Numbered from the stretch's first letter, positions 1 to 13,785 are shown. The stretch: DNA of 64,000 nucleotides from Monocercomonoides exilis PA203 (GCA_001643675.2 LSRY02000020.1:1116001-1180000); one strand, 5' to 3'. The notes: generated from the letters alone by a model not told the origin. Made by a program: numbers and translations.

Positions 1-933
1 CTAACAGCGCTGCTGTTTCAAGAGGAAGAGCTGAACAACACACCATTGGGACAGAGTGAGTGGAGAGAAGAGAATGAAGAGGCAAACAGCGAGTCAGAAA
101 CAAATACAGAAGAGGATGCAAACTCATTGTCTTCAGATGAGTTTGGAGAAAACGTTGAGATGAATGCAATGGAATCGCCAGCCACAAAAGTTGAAGAAGA
201 AGAAGAAGAAGAAGTCATTGTTGAGGCGAATGAGATAAGTGATGAGAGTGATGAATCAGAAGAAGAGAAACAAGAAAAGAGATTTGAAGAAAATGAGGAG
301 AAAAGAGTTGAGGTGGAGATTGAAGAAGACGAAGTTGCAGAAACAAAAGCATCAGAAACACAACCTTCTTCTTATCGTTCACACACGTCTTTGAAGAGCT
401 GGGGAAGGCAGAAGTTGTCATTTGGTCTTCTACTCATGCTGCTTGTTGTGGGAATAGCAGCATTTGTGATGTTGTGCTGTCCAATGATTGATGCTCCACA
501 CGCTCTGTTCACAAGACATTCAACACAAATCAGTGGAAACACGCAGTTTGAAGAATATCAAGGCAGATTTGATGAAGTGAGACAGGCAGCTGAAGTTCAA
601 CTTGGCAAAAAGAATGGAGAGCTTATGTTGCTGGCAGTTAACACAGGAAAGGAGGAAAAGAGCGAGAAGAGCAAAGAAAGCAGCGAAGAAGAAGAAAAGA
701 AGAAAGAGTCGAGCGGGGCATCGTTCAGCATCGAGACAGTGTTCTCGACTGTGATGATTGCTGGATCGAGTCAGTTGGCGTCGGTGCTGATGGTCTGCAC
801 GAGCTGTGCATCGTCAGCGTTTGGAGTGGAAACGGAATGGTCTTCGACGTTTGTGTCGTCTGTCGCAGTCACAGCGACAGCCACACAGCAAGTCTCATTC
901 AATTCTGTGGGGATGGTCTTGGTCATGGCATAG
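1..933 (+). CDS. 3' part of an unknown acidic (Glu-rich) membrane protein, truncated by the window start
   Basis: Frame 1 is open from position 1 to TAG at 931-933. It has E-rich tracts, a strong hydrophobic helix (LSFGLLLMLLVVGIAAFVMLCC) and a hydrophobic C-terminus. Confidence 0.6.
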   Translation, partial: LTALLFQEEELNNTPLGQSEWREENEEANSESETNTEEDANSLSSDEFGENVEMNAMESPATKVEEEEEEEVIVEANEISDESDESEEEKQEKRFEENEEKRVEVEIEEDEVAETKASETQPSSYRSHTSLKSWGRQKLSFGLLLMLLVVGIAAFVMLCCPMIDAPHALFTRHSTQISGNTQFEEYQGRFDEVRQAAEVQLGKKNGELMLLAVNTGKEEKSEKSKESSEEEEKKKESSGASFSIETVFSTVMIAGSSQLASVLMVCTSCASSAFGVETEWSSTFVSSVAVTATATQQVSFNSVGMVLVMA

Positions 934-2058
934 ATATGCTTTGTGTGTTCTCCTTTGCCACAGTCGTTTGCATATTTTATTTTTACTATTTTTTAAGTTT
1001 GTGCTGCGGCTGAAGAGGAGAAAAGAGGAGAAAAGAAGGGAAGTTGGAAGTGAAAATGATGAAAGATGTTGACGAATGTAAATATCACTTTTTGATTGTT
1101 TTTCCTGTCGAGGTTATTATTGCGTAACATTTTTTTCGTACCTTTTTCTTTTTTTACACTCTTTTTGTATTATTTGCTTTTATTTGTCTTTTATTACCAT
1201 TTCCACTTTTTTTTTAAACATCTTTTTTGGATTCTCATTTCTTCAATGATGAGTTAGAATCAAAGAATCACACTCATTGAGTTTTCCCCTTCCTTTTCTT
1301 TTGCTTTGAAAAATGCGTATTTCTTTTTTAATTGTGCTGTTTCTGCCTTTTGGTGAGCTCAAATCATTTTATTTTTGAGAATTTCTTCTTTTGCTGCAAC
1401 AATCAGTTTTGGAGGGTAATGTTCACGAGAGCAAAAAGAAAAAATAAAGAGCACAGAAACGAGCAAAACATTAACCAAAAAACACAAAACTCAAATCACA
1501 ATAACAACGAAATTTTTAACATCAAACAAAAAACAAATTTCTGGTTGATTGGCAAGAGCTTTTGCCTCGAATTTGACATGCAACTGAACAAAAACATGCT
1601 TAGAGCTTAAAATTATATCTTTCATCAAACATTTGCATCGGCATTCTGCTCCTTGAATTTTTTCTTTAATTGTTGTTTTTCCGCTTGTTCTCGAGCCAAA
1701 AACAGGTTTTTCATTGACGCAGCTGAAAACAATATTTGGCGCAACAGACGCGCAAGATTACTCACAATAAGCAGAGATATCCTCAGAGATTTTCACAAAA
1801 CATCTTTTCATCGGTCGCTGTACCCAGAGTCCAAAGGTTGTTTATTGCAAATCAATCAGCAAAAGCATGTCCGCACAATGCCAACGCGTCCAGGAGTCGT
1901 TTGGACGACGGAGAAGCGGCTGGAGTGAGAAGCAGCGATGGATGCAGAGCTTCAAACGAAATTCAAACTATGGAAAAAAGTTTGACTTGATGCTTTTTAT
2001 TACATTTGTGAAGGGGCAGATCAACTTTGGAAATTTGAACCAGAAAACATAAAATTTA

Positions 2059-5000
2059 ATGAATAAAAATACCAGAGGAAGCGGCGAGGAAAATGACGGG
2101 CGCCCATCTGGACCCCAAACACGCGATGAAATCACTGCCCCTAGAGGTTTGAAGGCTGTTTTTTCATTTTTTCACCTTTTTTTTCAACATTTTGCTTCAT
2201 ATCATTCCCAAACACTTCCTAATTGTTTATTATCTTTGTATTTGATGAATACAATTTATTTCCTTGTTTGTTTCGAACAGATGAAAATTCACACAATGTT
2301 CACTCACATTTTGATTCAACATCTGATCTTCATGAAATTAGAGAGGGTGTGATCAGGGCAGAAAATGAAAGATTGCTGATATTTGAGCCAGAGGAGGAAG
2401 AACCGAGCGTGAAGATTGCAAGCTATGAGCCGCCGATTCCAGCGGTTGAAGATCTCGGAAATTGGTACATCGCCCCTGAGACTGTATGCGAGTTCTTTGA
2501 ATATTCGAAAGATATTGATGATGAATTTTTGAAAAATATTTTTTTCTTCAAATGTTTGCACGCTGCATGCAAACTTAAATTTGGAACGCCCCATAACATC
2601 GAAACATTTATTTCTGCTTTGCTTGTCGTGCTTTTTCAACTTTTTGAAAAATGATTTTTTCTGCTTTTTGGATGAATTCTGCGTTGAAAATCGTTAACAT
2701 TTATGCTGACATTGGCAGATGGCCGATTTGTACTTGGGAAAGTACCCAGGATTCAGCTTTGTTGTTGTGGACTGCAGATATCCGTATGAATATGTATGTT
2801 TTCCAATCACATCGCTTCGCACTTATTTTTCTGTTGAGCCGAGATGATTTTTTTTATTTCTTTTTATGAAGTGTGTGGAGTGGGTTGATGTTTATGCTGT
2901 TCATTTTTTATTTCGTCAATTTTTTTTTTCATTTTCTCAATCTCTGTGTCGCATATGTGCATCATTGTGTTTCCACAAATGCAGAAAAGAGGTCATCTGA
3001 TAAATGCTGTGAACATATTCACGGCATTCCAGCTGGCGCAATTCTTTTTCCTGAATCCAATAGATAGCCCGAATGTCATTTATGTGTTTCATTGTGAGTT
3101 TTCGACTGCCAGAGGTATTTGCAAGCTTATTTGGTTGTCTTCTGAAGCATTTGATGATCATGCTTTGCTTTCTTTATCACCCGTCCCGATCACAGCTCCT
3201 CTGATGGCGCAATGTCTGCGATACCTCGACCGCTGTGTGAGAGGAGAATATCCCAAAGTGTATTATCCGCATGTTTTTGTGCTCAAAGGAGGGTTCAGCA
3301 GAATGTTCGAAACATACAGCAACTCTGAAGTGTGTTCATTTGTCTTCTTGTTTTCTTTCCTTATTTTCAAATTCATTTTCTTGTATATTTCTATCTTTTT
3401 TTTTCTTTTTTGTTGTTGTTGTTGTTACAACTGTTCTTTTACTGTTGGAATATTCTACTGCTGTGTTGTGTGTATTGTGTGTGTGTTGTTCAATCGGTCT
3501 GATATCTTACAGAGATTCTTTTCGACCGGAGCTGAATACATCAAAATGGACGAGGAGAAATACATTCTCCAGTGCCTGCGATACGGGGTGGAAAAGAAAA
3601 AGGGGAATGATTGGGTAAATGAACTGAAGCATCTGAAAAGAGAAGAGCTGCTCCGTTCGCTGCCAACAGACTTTGGCTGCGAAGACTTTCTGAAACTGGA
3701 AATGGTGCTGACCAACCCAGCCATCGCTGAGATGCGCTCGATGCCGCCGACGGATGTGCTGATAGCTGGCATGGACAACGCCAGGCGGAGCAGAAGAGAG
3801 AAAGAAGGAAGAGACAGAAAGGGATTCCCCACTGAAGAGATAAAAGAAGAAAAAGAAGAAAAAGAGAAGGAATGCAAAAGAGAGGCAGATTCAGAAGCCA
3901 ATCGGGATTCGCCTGTCCAAATCACATCCAACTCACCGCAGAGTGTCGCAGAAACACCAAAAGGGCAAATTCGCCCGCTGCCAGTGATATTTGAGATGGC
4001 TGCAGCTAACAAAGAGACAGCAGGGAAGACGAATGGCAAAGCAAAAGAAGAGAAGACGATGCACAACGGCAGTTCTCATCCATATTGCTTCTCATCTTCG
4101 CCTTCAGCCTCTTCTTCTTCATCGCCATTTTATACTTCTTCTTCTTCTTCTTCTTCTTTCTCTTCTTCTTCTTCCTCTTCGTTCAGTTTTGTCCCATTCG
4201 AATTGTCTGCCCAGCTCTCCTCGTCGTTTGCTGTCTACACGCCCCACACAGCCACCACACGCATTCTAACAATCGACGGCAAAGACGGCGAAAGGGCTGA
4301 AGACGAAGCAGACGAAAGTGCTGCGACGCTTGCTGCTCGTTTGGCATCTGGCAGAATGTGCTTTGTGGAGTCGCCTTCAATCTCATTTTCATCTTCTTTG
4401 ATGAGGGCCTATTCTTCCTCTTCTGCTTCTTCTGCCTCTTCTTCCTCTTCCTTCCTTTTTCGTCCATCTGCTCTGACTGTGCCAGAAGTGCTGCTCATGC
4501 AACGCCTTGTGGAAGAAGAAAATTGCAGCCCCAAAGGCAAAAACAAGAAAAGCAACAGAAAGGATGAATCTGATTGTGAAGTGGAAGAAGAGGAAGAGGA
4601 GGAGGAAGAAGAAGAGAAAGAGAAAGAGAAAGACGAAGGAGTTGCAGATGTTGACAGCGACTCGTCAGACATTCTGTCGCTTCCGCACTTTCCAGGAAGC
4701 AACAGCCTGCCATTCGACTGCAACTTGCCATCGGCAAACTTAGAAAACGACGACGACGCTTTTCTGATGAACATTTCGAGACATCCGCCTTCTGAGCAGC
4801 AGAAACAGCCTTCACTTTCTTCTCTGCCTGAAACACAAACAGAAACACAGCCATCTGACAACGAATCCATTCCAATTCTTCCTTCTTCTTCTTCTTCCTC
4901 CTCCTCATCTTCTCTCTCTTCTTCTCCTTCATCTGCAGCCTCATCCAGCACTCCTTCTGCTGAGTGTTCTCCTTCGCTGCTGCTGACACCCTCGCACTTC

Positions 5001-5771
5001 TTCCACTTCTCGCCTGTGACGTCGCCCGATGTGAATCCCCCGCTGCCTGACGAGCTGTCCCCGCAGACGCTTTCAGACTGCCTGGACATCGCATCAGCAG
5101 CGGCACAGCCAGCGCTATTCTGCGCCTCGCCTTCTGCCTGGACAGCACTCCCCACACGCTGCCTGCCTCCAAACAGCAGCCCCGCCGATGTGTCTGCATA
5201 TCCCCCTTCTTTTGCACCTGCTTTTGAGTCTGCTTTTGCAGCAGAGCCTGCGCCTGCCTCTTCGCTTGGGCTGGCGGGGCTTCTGAGGGCAGCAGCAGAA
5301 ATGGGCAGATGGCAGGGCAGCTGGGCAGCAGAGAAAGAGAACAGCTCGAAAGACGGGAGGGAAGAAGGAGAGAATCCAGTCAGCCCAGAACAGAGTGAAG
5401 AAGTGCTTGGAAACAGAAGCCAAAGCCAAAGCCAAAGTCAAAGTCAAAGCCAAAGTCAAAGGAGAGGGGCAGTCAGCGGAAGAGCGGGCATTGCATTCCG
5501 CCTGTTGGACTCGCCTGTGCAGCCGAACGTGTCTGTTCCGACACAAACACCGAACTGTTCAGGCAGACGCAACTTGTGTGCAGCACATTCAGCATACACA
5601 GCCACATACACAGCTGTTGAATTGCACATGGCATCTGAATCGAGAATGCCATCAGCTGCGCCGAGGGAGTCTTTCTTGTCTTCTTCTTCTCTTTTTGCTC
5701 CCAACAGCTCCTCTGTCTTTGAATCTGATGGGTTTCTGAGAGCGCCATTTCTGAGGAATGACTCAGTGTAG
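2059..5771 (+). CDS. CDC25: Cdc25-family (rhodanese-fold) dual-specificity phosphatase; 6 exons: 2059-2146, 2281-2483, 2719-2793, 2985-3114, 3196-3329, 3513-5771
   Basis: The spliced translation gives WYIAPET-MADLYLGKY..VVVDCRYPYEY-KRGHLINAVN..VFHCEFSTAR-APLM..LRYLDR..YPKVYYPHVFVLKGGF. These match the Cdc25 signatures DCRYPYEY.GGHI, the HCEFSxxR (CX5R) active site and YPExYxLxGG. All introns are GT-AG and phase-consistent. Confidence 0.9.
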
Positions 5772-6175
5772 ATTGAGCGGCAGAAGAGGAGGCCAAGCGA
5801 AGAGAATTGCTGATGGAAGCAATGAAGATGAAGATGGCGTTGCGCATCACTCATTTGGAACTTCGGTGTTAGTGTTTTGAGATGCTTATGTGCGGGTGTG
5901 TGGTGGAACAGGACAAAATGATGATGAAACTTGAAGGACGGAAGAAGACGAAAGCGCGGGTCATTTGATCAAGAACAAGACGGCTGTTTTATGAAGCTTT
6001 GTTTTATATCTCTGATTGGCAGACAAAAGAACGGTTATTTTTATTTTGTTTGTAATTGTTATAATTCATCTTCCTCAATTGGTTGCTTGCTGTTTCGTTT
6101 CACTTCTTCACTCGTGTTTTCATATCTGTGAGTATTTTTGTGGGAACCGTTCATTGCGTTCACATTCATGCACAT

Positions 6176-6261
6176 TTCTTCTTCTTCTTCTTCTTCTTCT
6201 TCTTCTTCTTCTTCTTCTTCTTCTTCTTCTTCTTCTTCTTCTTCTTCTTCTTCTTCTTCTT

Positions 6262-6291
<30 letters not shown>
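6176..6291. repeat. (TTC)n microsatellite, ~38 units
   Basis: Perfect trinucleotide run between two convergent genes. Confidence 0.95.
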
Positions 6292-6292
<1 letters not shown>

Positions 6293-7116
6293 TAATATTT
6301 CTTCCATTTTTGATTTGATGAGCTTATTGCGTCAGAAACAACGCTAAGGATTTTTTGTATTTTTGTTGGGCTTGTATTTCCATTTGCGCCCTGTTGCGTG
6401 TCTTGTCGGTTGTTCTTGTCTGCCTGTCCTGCCGTTGAAAGTCCTCTTTCTCGCTGTTTGCGCCTTCTTCCTTCCTCTTCGTGCTGTATTTATTCATTCC
6501 ATGCATTCAGTTGCATTGGACACTCTTTTCAGTCTCTTTCTTCAAATTTCTCTTTCTCTTTTCTCTTTTTCCTTCTCTTTCTCTGTTGCTTTCTTCCTTT
6601 TCTCAGCAACGTTCTTCTCTTTCTCGTCGGACTCTTATCACCTCACCTGATGCGTTTGCCCTTGTTTGTATTATGCTTACACAATGATTTATTTGCGTAT
6701 TTATGAAGTCTTTTATAAATAGTATTTTTATTTTGTGCCTTTTTTCTCTTTCTCATTCTCTCATTCTCATTCTCTCTTTCCCAGCTATGTCACATTCATG
6801 TATTCTTTTTGCTTTGCTTTGAAATGTTTATTTGAGATTAAAGTGCCTATTTCACATGCCTTTTATTTTGAAAGTCTTCTTCATTTTGCGAATATTTTTA
6901 AGATAGGCATCGGAATGTTACAACACTATTTGGATTAATTGCGAATTCTCTCTTTTTTTTCTTTGTTTAATTTTTTTATTGTTGCTACCACAAGATGGCT
7001 TGCAAATTTAAAAAAAAAATGTAATTTTGTGGTAACAACAAAAGACTAAAATAATAGTAATAAAAAGGTTTTGATGTTTTTCCAAATTCAATGCAAATGT
7101 TGGTGCATCAACGCTT

Positions 7117-10100
7117 TCATTCTGCGCGGAACATGAAATCCGAGGAAAAGGCTGAAACTGGTTGGTAGAAAGGTGACTTTAGAGAAGAACTTTCCGGTCT
7201 GTTGTGCTCGATAATAGGCGCGTTTTCATTGTGTGACGTGTCTATTAATGGATTTCGTGCTTTGAGATGCTTCCCACCATCATTGACAATTTTGGATGCA
7301 CTTTTCTGAGTTGCAGATGAAAATGCTGAAATGATTTTTGTTGATATTGGTGTGGCAACTACCAAAGGCAAAGGCGAATAAGGAGAGTTGTGCAAATGTG
7401 CAGCTCTGGGAGAAGGTCGAAGAATACGCGGAGGAGGAGTTCCGACCAGCGAAGGCACAACCTCCGGCTGTTTGCTTTCTTCTCTGGATTCTGCTGCAGA
7501 AATTGAAAGATGTGGCGAATGATGTTGAGACAGATGTGATTGCGATGTGGGAGATGAAGATGACAATGAAGATGAACTTGATTGTTGTGGAGAATCATTT
7601 TTTTCTTTGCTTTGCTCTTCATCAGCATGAACTTCGGAATTGATTTTTTCGATTTTTTCTTTCTCTTCCTTTCTCTCGTTTTGCTCAGTCCTTTCTCTTT
7701 TCTGCTCTGCTCTCTCATCATCAGGTGTGTTCTTTTTCTTTTTCTCTCTCTTCTTTTTTCTTTCTTTTTTACGCTCTTCATCCTTTCTGTCATTACCATC
7801 TTCTTCTTCTTCAAAGCGCTCTTCCCTCTTTTCATGTACTTTCTTGGTTCTTCTCATCAGCTTGTCAAACACACTTTCATTCATCTTTTGTTTGTGACTC
7901 CTTTTTCTTTTGCTCTCTTTTGCCCTCTTCCTCTGTTTTCTCTTTCTCCACTCTTTCACCTCCTTTCCCTCAAATGCATCCCAGCCGTTGTCTTCCTCCT
8001 CCTCCAGCAGATTCACAGCATTCTTTTCAAAAGCAAACGAGCGCGGAAATGAAGAATCTTGCAGCAGAACTGCTGACGGCATTGATGGAATCGACGGAGA
8101 ATATGAGTGTGAAGGGACGGTTGATACAAACACATCTGGCTGCAAAGGATAAAGAAGCGAAATGGATGCTGTGGTCTGTCGCCGCACAGAAGACGCTGCT
8201 GAGGCAGACGCGGAAAGAAACGAAGATGGGAAGGGATTCGGTGTCGGTTCACGCGCTGGTGAATCTGGTGAATAAGATGAAGGAAAAAGACTTCTTTTCA
8301 GAACACCTGTTGAAAATGAATTCTTTTCTTTCTGGAAAACAATGGAAGAACGGGGTGATGATATTGATTCCGAAGAAGAAGAGATGGAGCCATCTTCATC
8401 GTCTTCCACAACTGCAAAAATACTTTTCTTCTTTCCTTTCCCCTTGTTCTTCTGCTCCTTTTCTTTCAAACTCTTTTCTTTTGTTGATCTCCTCCTCTTT
8501 TCCTTCTCTTTCATTCTTGTGGGGTCTTTTTCCTTCTCTCTTTTATCGTCTCCAGTTTCTTTTTCTTCCTTCTCTTTTCTCACTTTCCCATCGTCTTCCT
8601 TCTCTTTGTTTTCTTTTGTCAAACCGCTATCATCAAAATAATCCATAACTTCATTCTGCTCTACAAGCAAGCCTTCATCTTTCCTTTCCCCTTCCTTTTT
8701 CTCTCCATTAGCGTCATCTAGCAACAAAGGAGATGAAGGAAAATTGCCCGAAGTCTGCACTGGTGAAATGGGTGTTATGGATGTTTCAAAGGGAGAAAAA
8801 CTTGTCAAGTGTGGAGACTTTGGCGGAGGTGTTGAATGGGAAAGAATCAAAGGAGGAGAAGATATCGAAGAAGAGATATCTGAATTATCTTGATTGTTAT
8901 TTGAATGCCCTGCACGATTCATCTGCTTTTTTGGTGTATTTTGGATGGGAGAAGATTCTGAAGAAAAGGTTGATATTTCAGAAGTTGATGATGAAACCAT
9001 TTCAGGAAGATTAACTGGACTTTGTGTGTGCGTTTGTATTGAAGGCAGATGAGGTGAAAGAGACGAAGAAGGCGCATCAACAGAAGAATCTTCTGTTTGC
9101 ACGTGAGCAGATGATTCAAAAGGCTCAGAAGATGGTAATGGAGAATCACTTGAGAATAAACTAGAACGAGAAGGTGCTGGGGAAGGTGAAGAAGATGCAG
9201 TGTCAATATCCTTTGCCTTTGAATGTGTCGTTGATGATGATGATTCCAAAGCAGAGTCTGGAGGAAGATGAAGCTGTGAAGCACTTAAATGTGATGAAGA
9301 TATTGTTGCCTTTTTCACTTCATTTGCGATGTGCTGGTCATGAAGTGGAGATGTTACAGCATCAGATGTTGTGGTCGAAATAGTCGAAGGAAACAACAAA
9401 TTTCTTGAAAGAGAAGAAGAAGAAGAAAACAACGCAGATGAAGAGGCAGAAGCAGAAACTGAGTTAGAAGAAAAAGAAGCGTGTGGATTTGCTGATAAAG
9501 TGTTAAAGAGAAATGAATGGTACATTGGAGATGTTGAGGCAGTTGATAGAAGAGGCAGACGCTGAGAAAGATGTGAATGCTGCGGTGTTGTTGTCTGCAT
9601 TGAAGAATCTCGATGAATGATCACTTCCTTTCCATTTGTAGTCACAAATCCTTCTTCTGTTCTGTGAGTTCTTAAATGGTTATCTTTTCTATCACTTCTT
9701 TCACTGCTCTCAAATCGAAATCTCTTTCTATTTCTTTCATTTGTAATCATTCTTCTCTTTCTTTCTCTTTCTCTTTCTCTTTCTCGCATTCTGTCCAAAT
9801 AATCAAAGTGCTCTTCATTATCAAATTCGTCTTCGCTTTCTTCACTTCCATCTGTAATTATTTCTCCTTCTTCTACTTCTTGTTCAAAATCATTATTATC
9901 AAGTGCTTTTTCAGAGTTCCTTTTCCTTTTCCTTTTTATTTTCTCCCAGTTCGGAAGTTCTTGATATTCTCTTTTCTTCTCTAAACTTCTTTGCAATTGC
10001 GTTATTCTTTTTCTTTCCTCCATCAACATCTCAACCAGCTGAAGTGAGGCAGTCTCTAAAAGAAGAAAAGTAGAAGGAGAAGAAGCAGAAGAAGGTGAAG

Positions 10101-13100
10101 AAGGTGAAAAAACAGATTCCACTCCTTCTTTTGATGAACTTGCTTGAAGTGGAGGCTGTTGATGAAAAGAAGCATCAAAATGTTGGGGAGTTGATGTTTG
10201 TTGAGTAGGCTTTGGATTAGAACTTGTTTGAGTATGGTCAGTTGTTGCTTTATCTGCCAATGGACGAGAAGCAGCTGGTGAAGCATAAGGTAAAGATATT
10301 CCAACCTCAAAAGATGAATTTGAGATGGAATGATTTGAAGAAGGCGAATCTGAATGCAATGGCAACTGCATCGAAGATGAGGTGGCTCTTTCTTCTTGTT
10401 TGAATGAAGTTTGTGGATCCGAAGTCTCTTTCAAGGAATTGCGATGTTTTGATATTGAAGAATTCAAATAGGTTTTGTGTACAGATTTCATTCTGTGGTT
10501 TTGTAAATGCCTCTTTGCAGAAGCAATTGAAGAGGATGAAGAAGATGGGAGAGAAGAAGATGACGACGAAGATTCTATTAACTCAATATGATGATGATGT
10601 AGCTTCCTCTTCTTTTTTCTTTTTGATTTATCAGTTCGCCTGTCTCTTTTTCTTTTCTTTTCTTTGCTTTTTTTGTTTTTCTTTTCACTTTCCGCTTCTT
10701 TGCTTTTTTCTGTAACATCATTTTTCCTTTTTTCTTCATCTTCTTTAAAGTCAGCAGCACTTCTTACTGTTGCTGCGAATGTTCCTTCCTTTTCTTCAGC
10801 TTTTCGTCCATTTGTTTCAGTTGATAATGGAACATGAAGTTGTGAAATCCTCGATTCTTGTTGGGTTTCGTTTGATGGAGAAATCGAAGCTATGGGTGGT
10901 GTTTTGATAACAGATGAATTACTAGCAGCGGAAGAATGGCTTGGCAAAGTTAAGGAAGAAAAAGATACTCTAAAAGGAGTTGAGGTCTGTTGGATTGTTG
11001 CGAATTCCGCTGGTTGTGGCATTGCTTGCTTAGGCAGAATATGAGCAAGAGAAATTGAAGATAAGTCAAAAGATGTTTTCGAAAATTGAGACAAGCTTGG
11101 TGGAGGTGGAGGTGGTGGAAGATTTAGACGATTCATTCTGACCGTTGTGTTGCTTGAAGACGGTAAAAGGTTTGACATTGTTGTTTCTATTCTTGTCTGT
11201 GGAATCACAGAAGGAAAAAGATTTGAAGAGGGTGAAGGAGTTTTGCTAGCAGTAGGAGATGATCCGAAGCTTGGAAATGATGCTGATGTTAAAGTAGAAG
11301 ATAATCCTTTTCCTTCCTTCTCACCAGATTTACTGTTGTTGCTGCCACTTTCGTTGTTTTCAGTATCAGGAATTGGATCTCTTTCTTTTTCAACATTTTG
11401 AACTTGCAATCGTTTGTCACTTTCTTCATTTCTTGCATTCATATGTTCTTTAACTCCATTTTCACTATCATCATCTTCTTCTTTCTTGGCTTGTTCTTTT
11501 AAATCATGTTTATCTCTTTCTTCTTTCCTTTCATCTTTTGCTCCTTCGCTTTCTTCGATTCTCTTATTGTCTGATTCCTTTTGTGCATCATTCTTCTTTA
11601 CTCCGTCAGTATTTTTTTCACTTCCTTCTTTGTCCTCTTTCTTTTTTGTTTCACCAGAAATCTGTTGAGTCTGATCATTTTGACTTTCAAAACCTTTCCT
11701 CAAATCCAAACCAGATGCAACTTTTGTTTGCTGAACATGTGACAATGTCGGAGAAGCTGCCAAGGAAGGTAAAAAAGGACGGGCTAATGAAATAGATGGA
11801 AGAAGAGAAAATTCAGCAAGATCATCGGTATCTCCTGCTTCGTTATCAAAATGAGTATCTATTGATTGCATGAATGGAATAGACAAAGGACTGGTTATTT
11901 CCTTTTCTTTTTCTTTTTCATTGCTATTCTCCAGCGTTATTTGTTCGAAGTTGTTTGATTCTGTGTATTTTTTGCCTTCATCTCTGCTATTTTCATTCTT
12001 AGAACAATTTTTCTCGTTTTCTCTGTTAATTTTTTCCTTTTCAGTATCTTCTTTATTCGCTTTGTTTTTCTTTATTAATTCGTTCTCTCTCACCTGTAAA
12101 ACTGTTGGTTCGTTTGTTGTTCTCGTTTTTGCACTATGATCTTGGTGCGGATCAGAAGTAGAAATTACCAACTGAACATCCGAAGATAAAGTACCAAAGG
12201 AATTGACTTTTACTGGAGTCAACCTTGAAGAGGCTTGCTTTGGTAAAGGAAATATTGAAACTACAAAAAGAAGTAATGAAATTTGATGAAAATGAAATTA
12301 ATAAATAAGGCGAACCATCTTGTTGTTCATATGCTACAGTCTGCTCAATCTGTTGAATTACTGAATTTTTCTTTTCCATGATAAGGTTTTCCATCTTCTT
12401 TTCTCTCTCGTTTTTTGTGACGGATTCGGCGATCTTTCTATTTGTCTCTTCTGCTCCACAACTTTCAGTTTTTTCATTTCCTTCTTTTTCAATTGAATCG
12501 CTTTCTCTGTATTTTCTTTGAGGCTTTTCTGTATCGTTGTGTCTTTTCTCGTTTTCATTCTCTTTTTCATTGTTTTCAATATTATCTCCACAATTATCTC
12601 TTTCTGTTCCACTTCTTTTTTTTCTTTTTGAAGAATTTTTTTTTTCTTCAACAATTTTTTGACCTTTGCCCTTTAGGATATCTTGTTCATTCTTTTTCTT
12701 TCTTTTGCTTCTCTCTTTTTTCTCATCAGAAAATTCGTTTTCTCTTTGTTTCTTTGTTTCGTTACTGGTCTTTTCTTTCGTTTGTATAACTTTTTCTTTG
12801 TTCTCCATTTCCTTTTCTTTTTCATCCTCAAAATTATTTTCCACTGTTTCATTTCCAGTCAAATCTTTATTCAGCTTCTTTGAATTTGATTCTTGATTTC
12901 TATCAATGTCTAAATCGCCCGTGTGAGGAGGAGAAAAAAGTGATACTCTGAAGCCACTTGAAGGAAGAGGTGATGCAGATGATAATGAGGAATTCGTTGA
13001 GTCTACTGATGTTTTCAACGGAGATGATTCGACAAGTAACGGGCTGAACCTTCGAGGCCATGACACTTGAGTTGCAAGCTCTTTGCGTGGAAAAGCCAAT

Positions 13101-13666
13101 TTTTGTGCAAATGTTGTTCTGGGAAATGAAAACTTCACCCGTTTTTGTTCCTTTGATTTTAATGTCTCATCTTGTTCAACAGCGCAGGTATTCTCGTTAA
13201 CAGCACTATCCAGATGTGACTGTCGCGTCTTCAATATTGAATGAAAGTGCGGTGGGGAGTTAAATGTTGGAGTTAGATCGTTGAGTCGTTTTCTCACTTC
13301 TTCGTATGATTCCTCAGGACTCAGTAAACGTTCTTCAAAAATGCTGGTCCCTGCTCCAGAACGCAGATCCAAAACCTGACGCGATAATTGTGCGTTTCTG
13401 ATTGCAAGTTTTTCGTTTGATTTCTCAATTGCGATTGAATCCTTTTCTTATGAAGTTGTGATAACAAACAAATTCAAATTTCAGCACGAGATGAATAATA
13501 TATTTAAATAAAAAAACCAGTAATTAAGCAGACGCTGCGTCAACTGTTTCTTTAATTGCTCGACTTTTGCATTCTGTTTTTGAAGTGCTTTTGTCAATCG
13601 AGAAATTAATTCTGTCTGTTCCTCAACTCCAATTTCATTGCGACTCCCGCTTCTTCTCGAAGTCAT
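7117..13666 (-). CDS. Large (~2,100 aa) low-complexity hypothetical protein with an N-terminal coiled coil; 3 exons (introns ~13447-13533 and ~12234-12315)
   Basis: ATG at 13666 (MTSRRSGSRN...). GT-AG introns join three ORFs in phase (..KKQLTQQ-KDSIAIEK..VLDLRS; ..EQQDA-SSRLTPVKV..). The protein is Ser/Pro-rich and Lys/Glu-rich with NLS-like basic tracts. No recognisable domain. Confidence 0.7.
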
Positions 13667-13785
13667 TTTCAAATCTTTCTTTTGAAATCAAAAGCAAGCA
13701 AATTTCTTTTAAAATCATTTTGCCAGCAAATATATTTCGTTTTTAAAAAAATGAAGGGTAAAGGATCAAGAATGTGAAAAGAAAA
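13667..13785. promoter_or_regulatory. Short head-to-head intergenic region, putative bidirectional promoter
   Basis: Only ~119 bp separate the divergent ATGs at 13666 (-) and 13786 (+). Confidence 0.5.

Noticed and set aside
5931-6938. Short ORFs with poly-Leu/Phe/Ser, and the many antisense ORFs overlapping long genes
   Set aside because: Artefacts of microsatellites and low-complexity coding DNA lacking stops in other frames.
13360-13666. Shugoshin-like N-terminal coiled coil (NEKLAIRNAQLSRQVLDLR)
   Set aside because: Only a generic coiled-coil resemblance; no C-terminal SGO basic motif was found.
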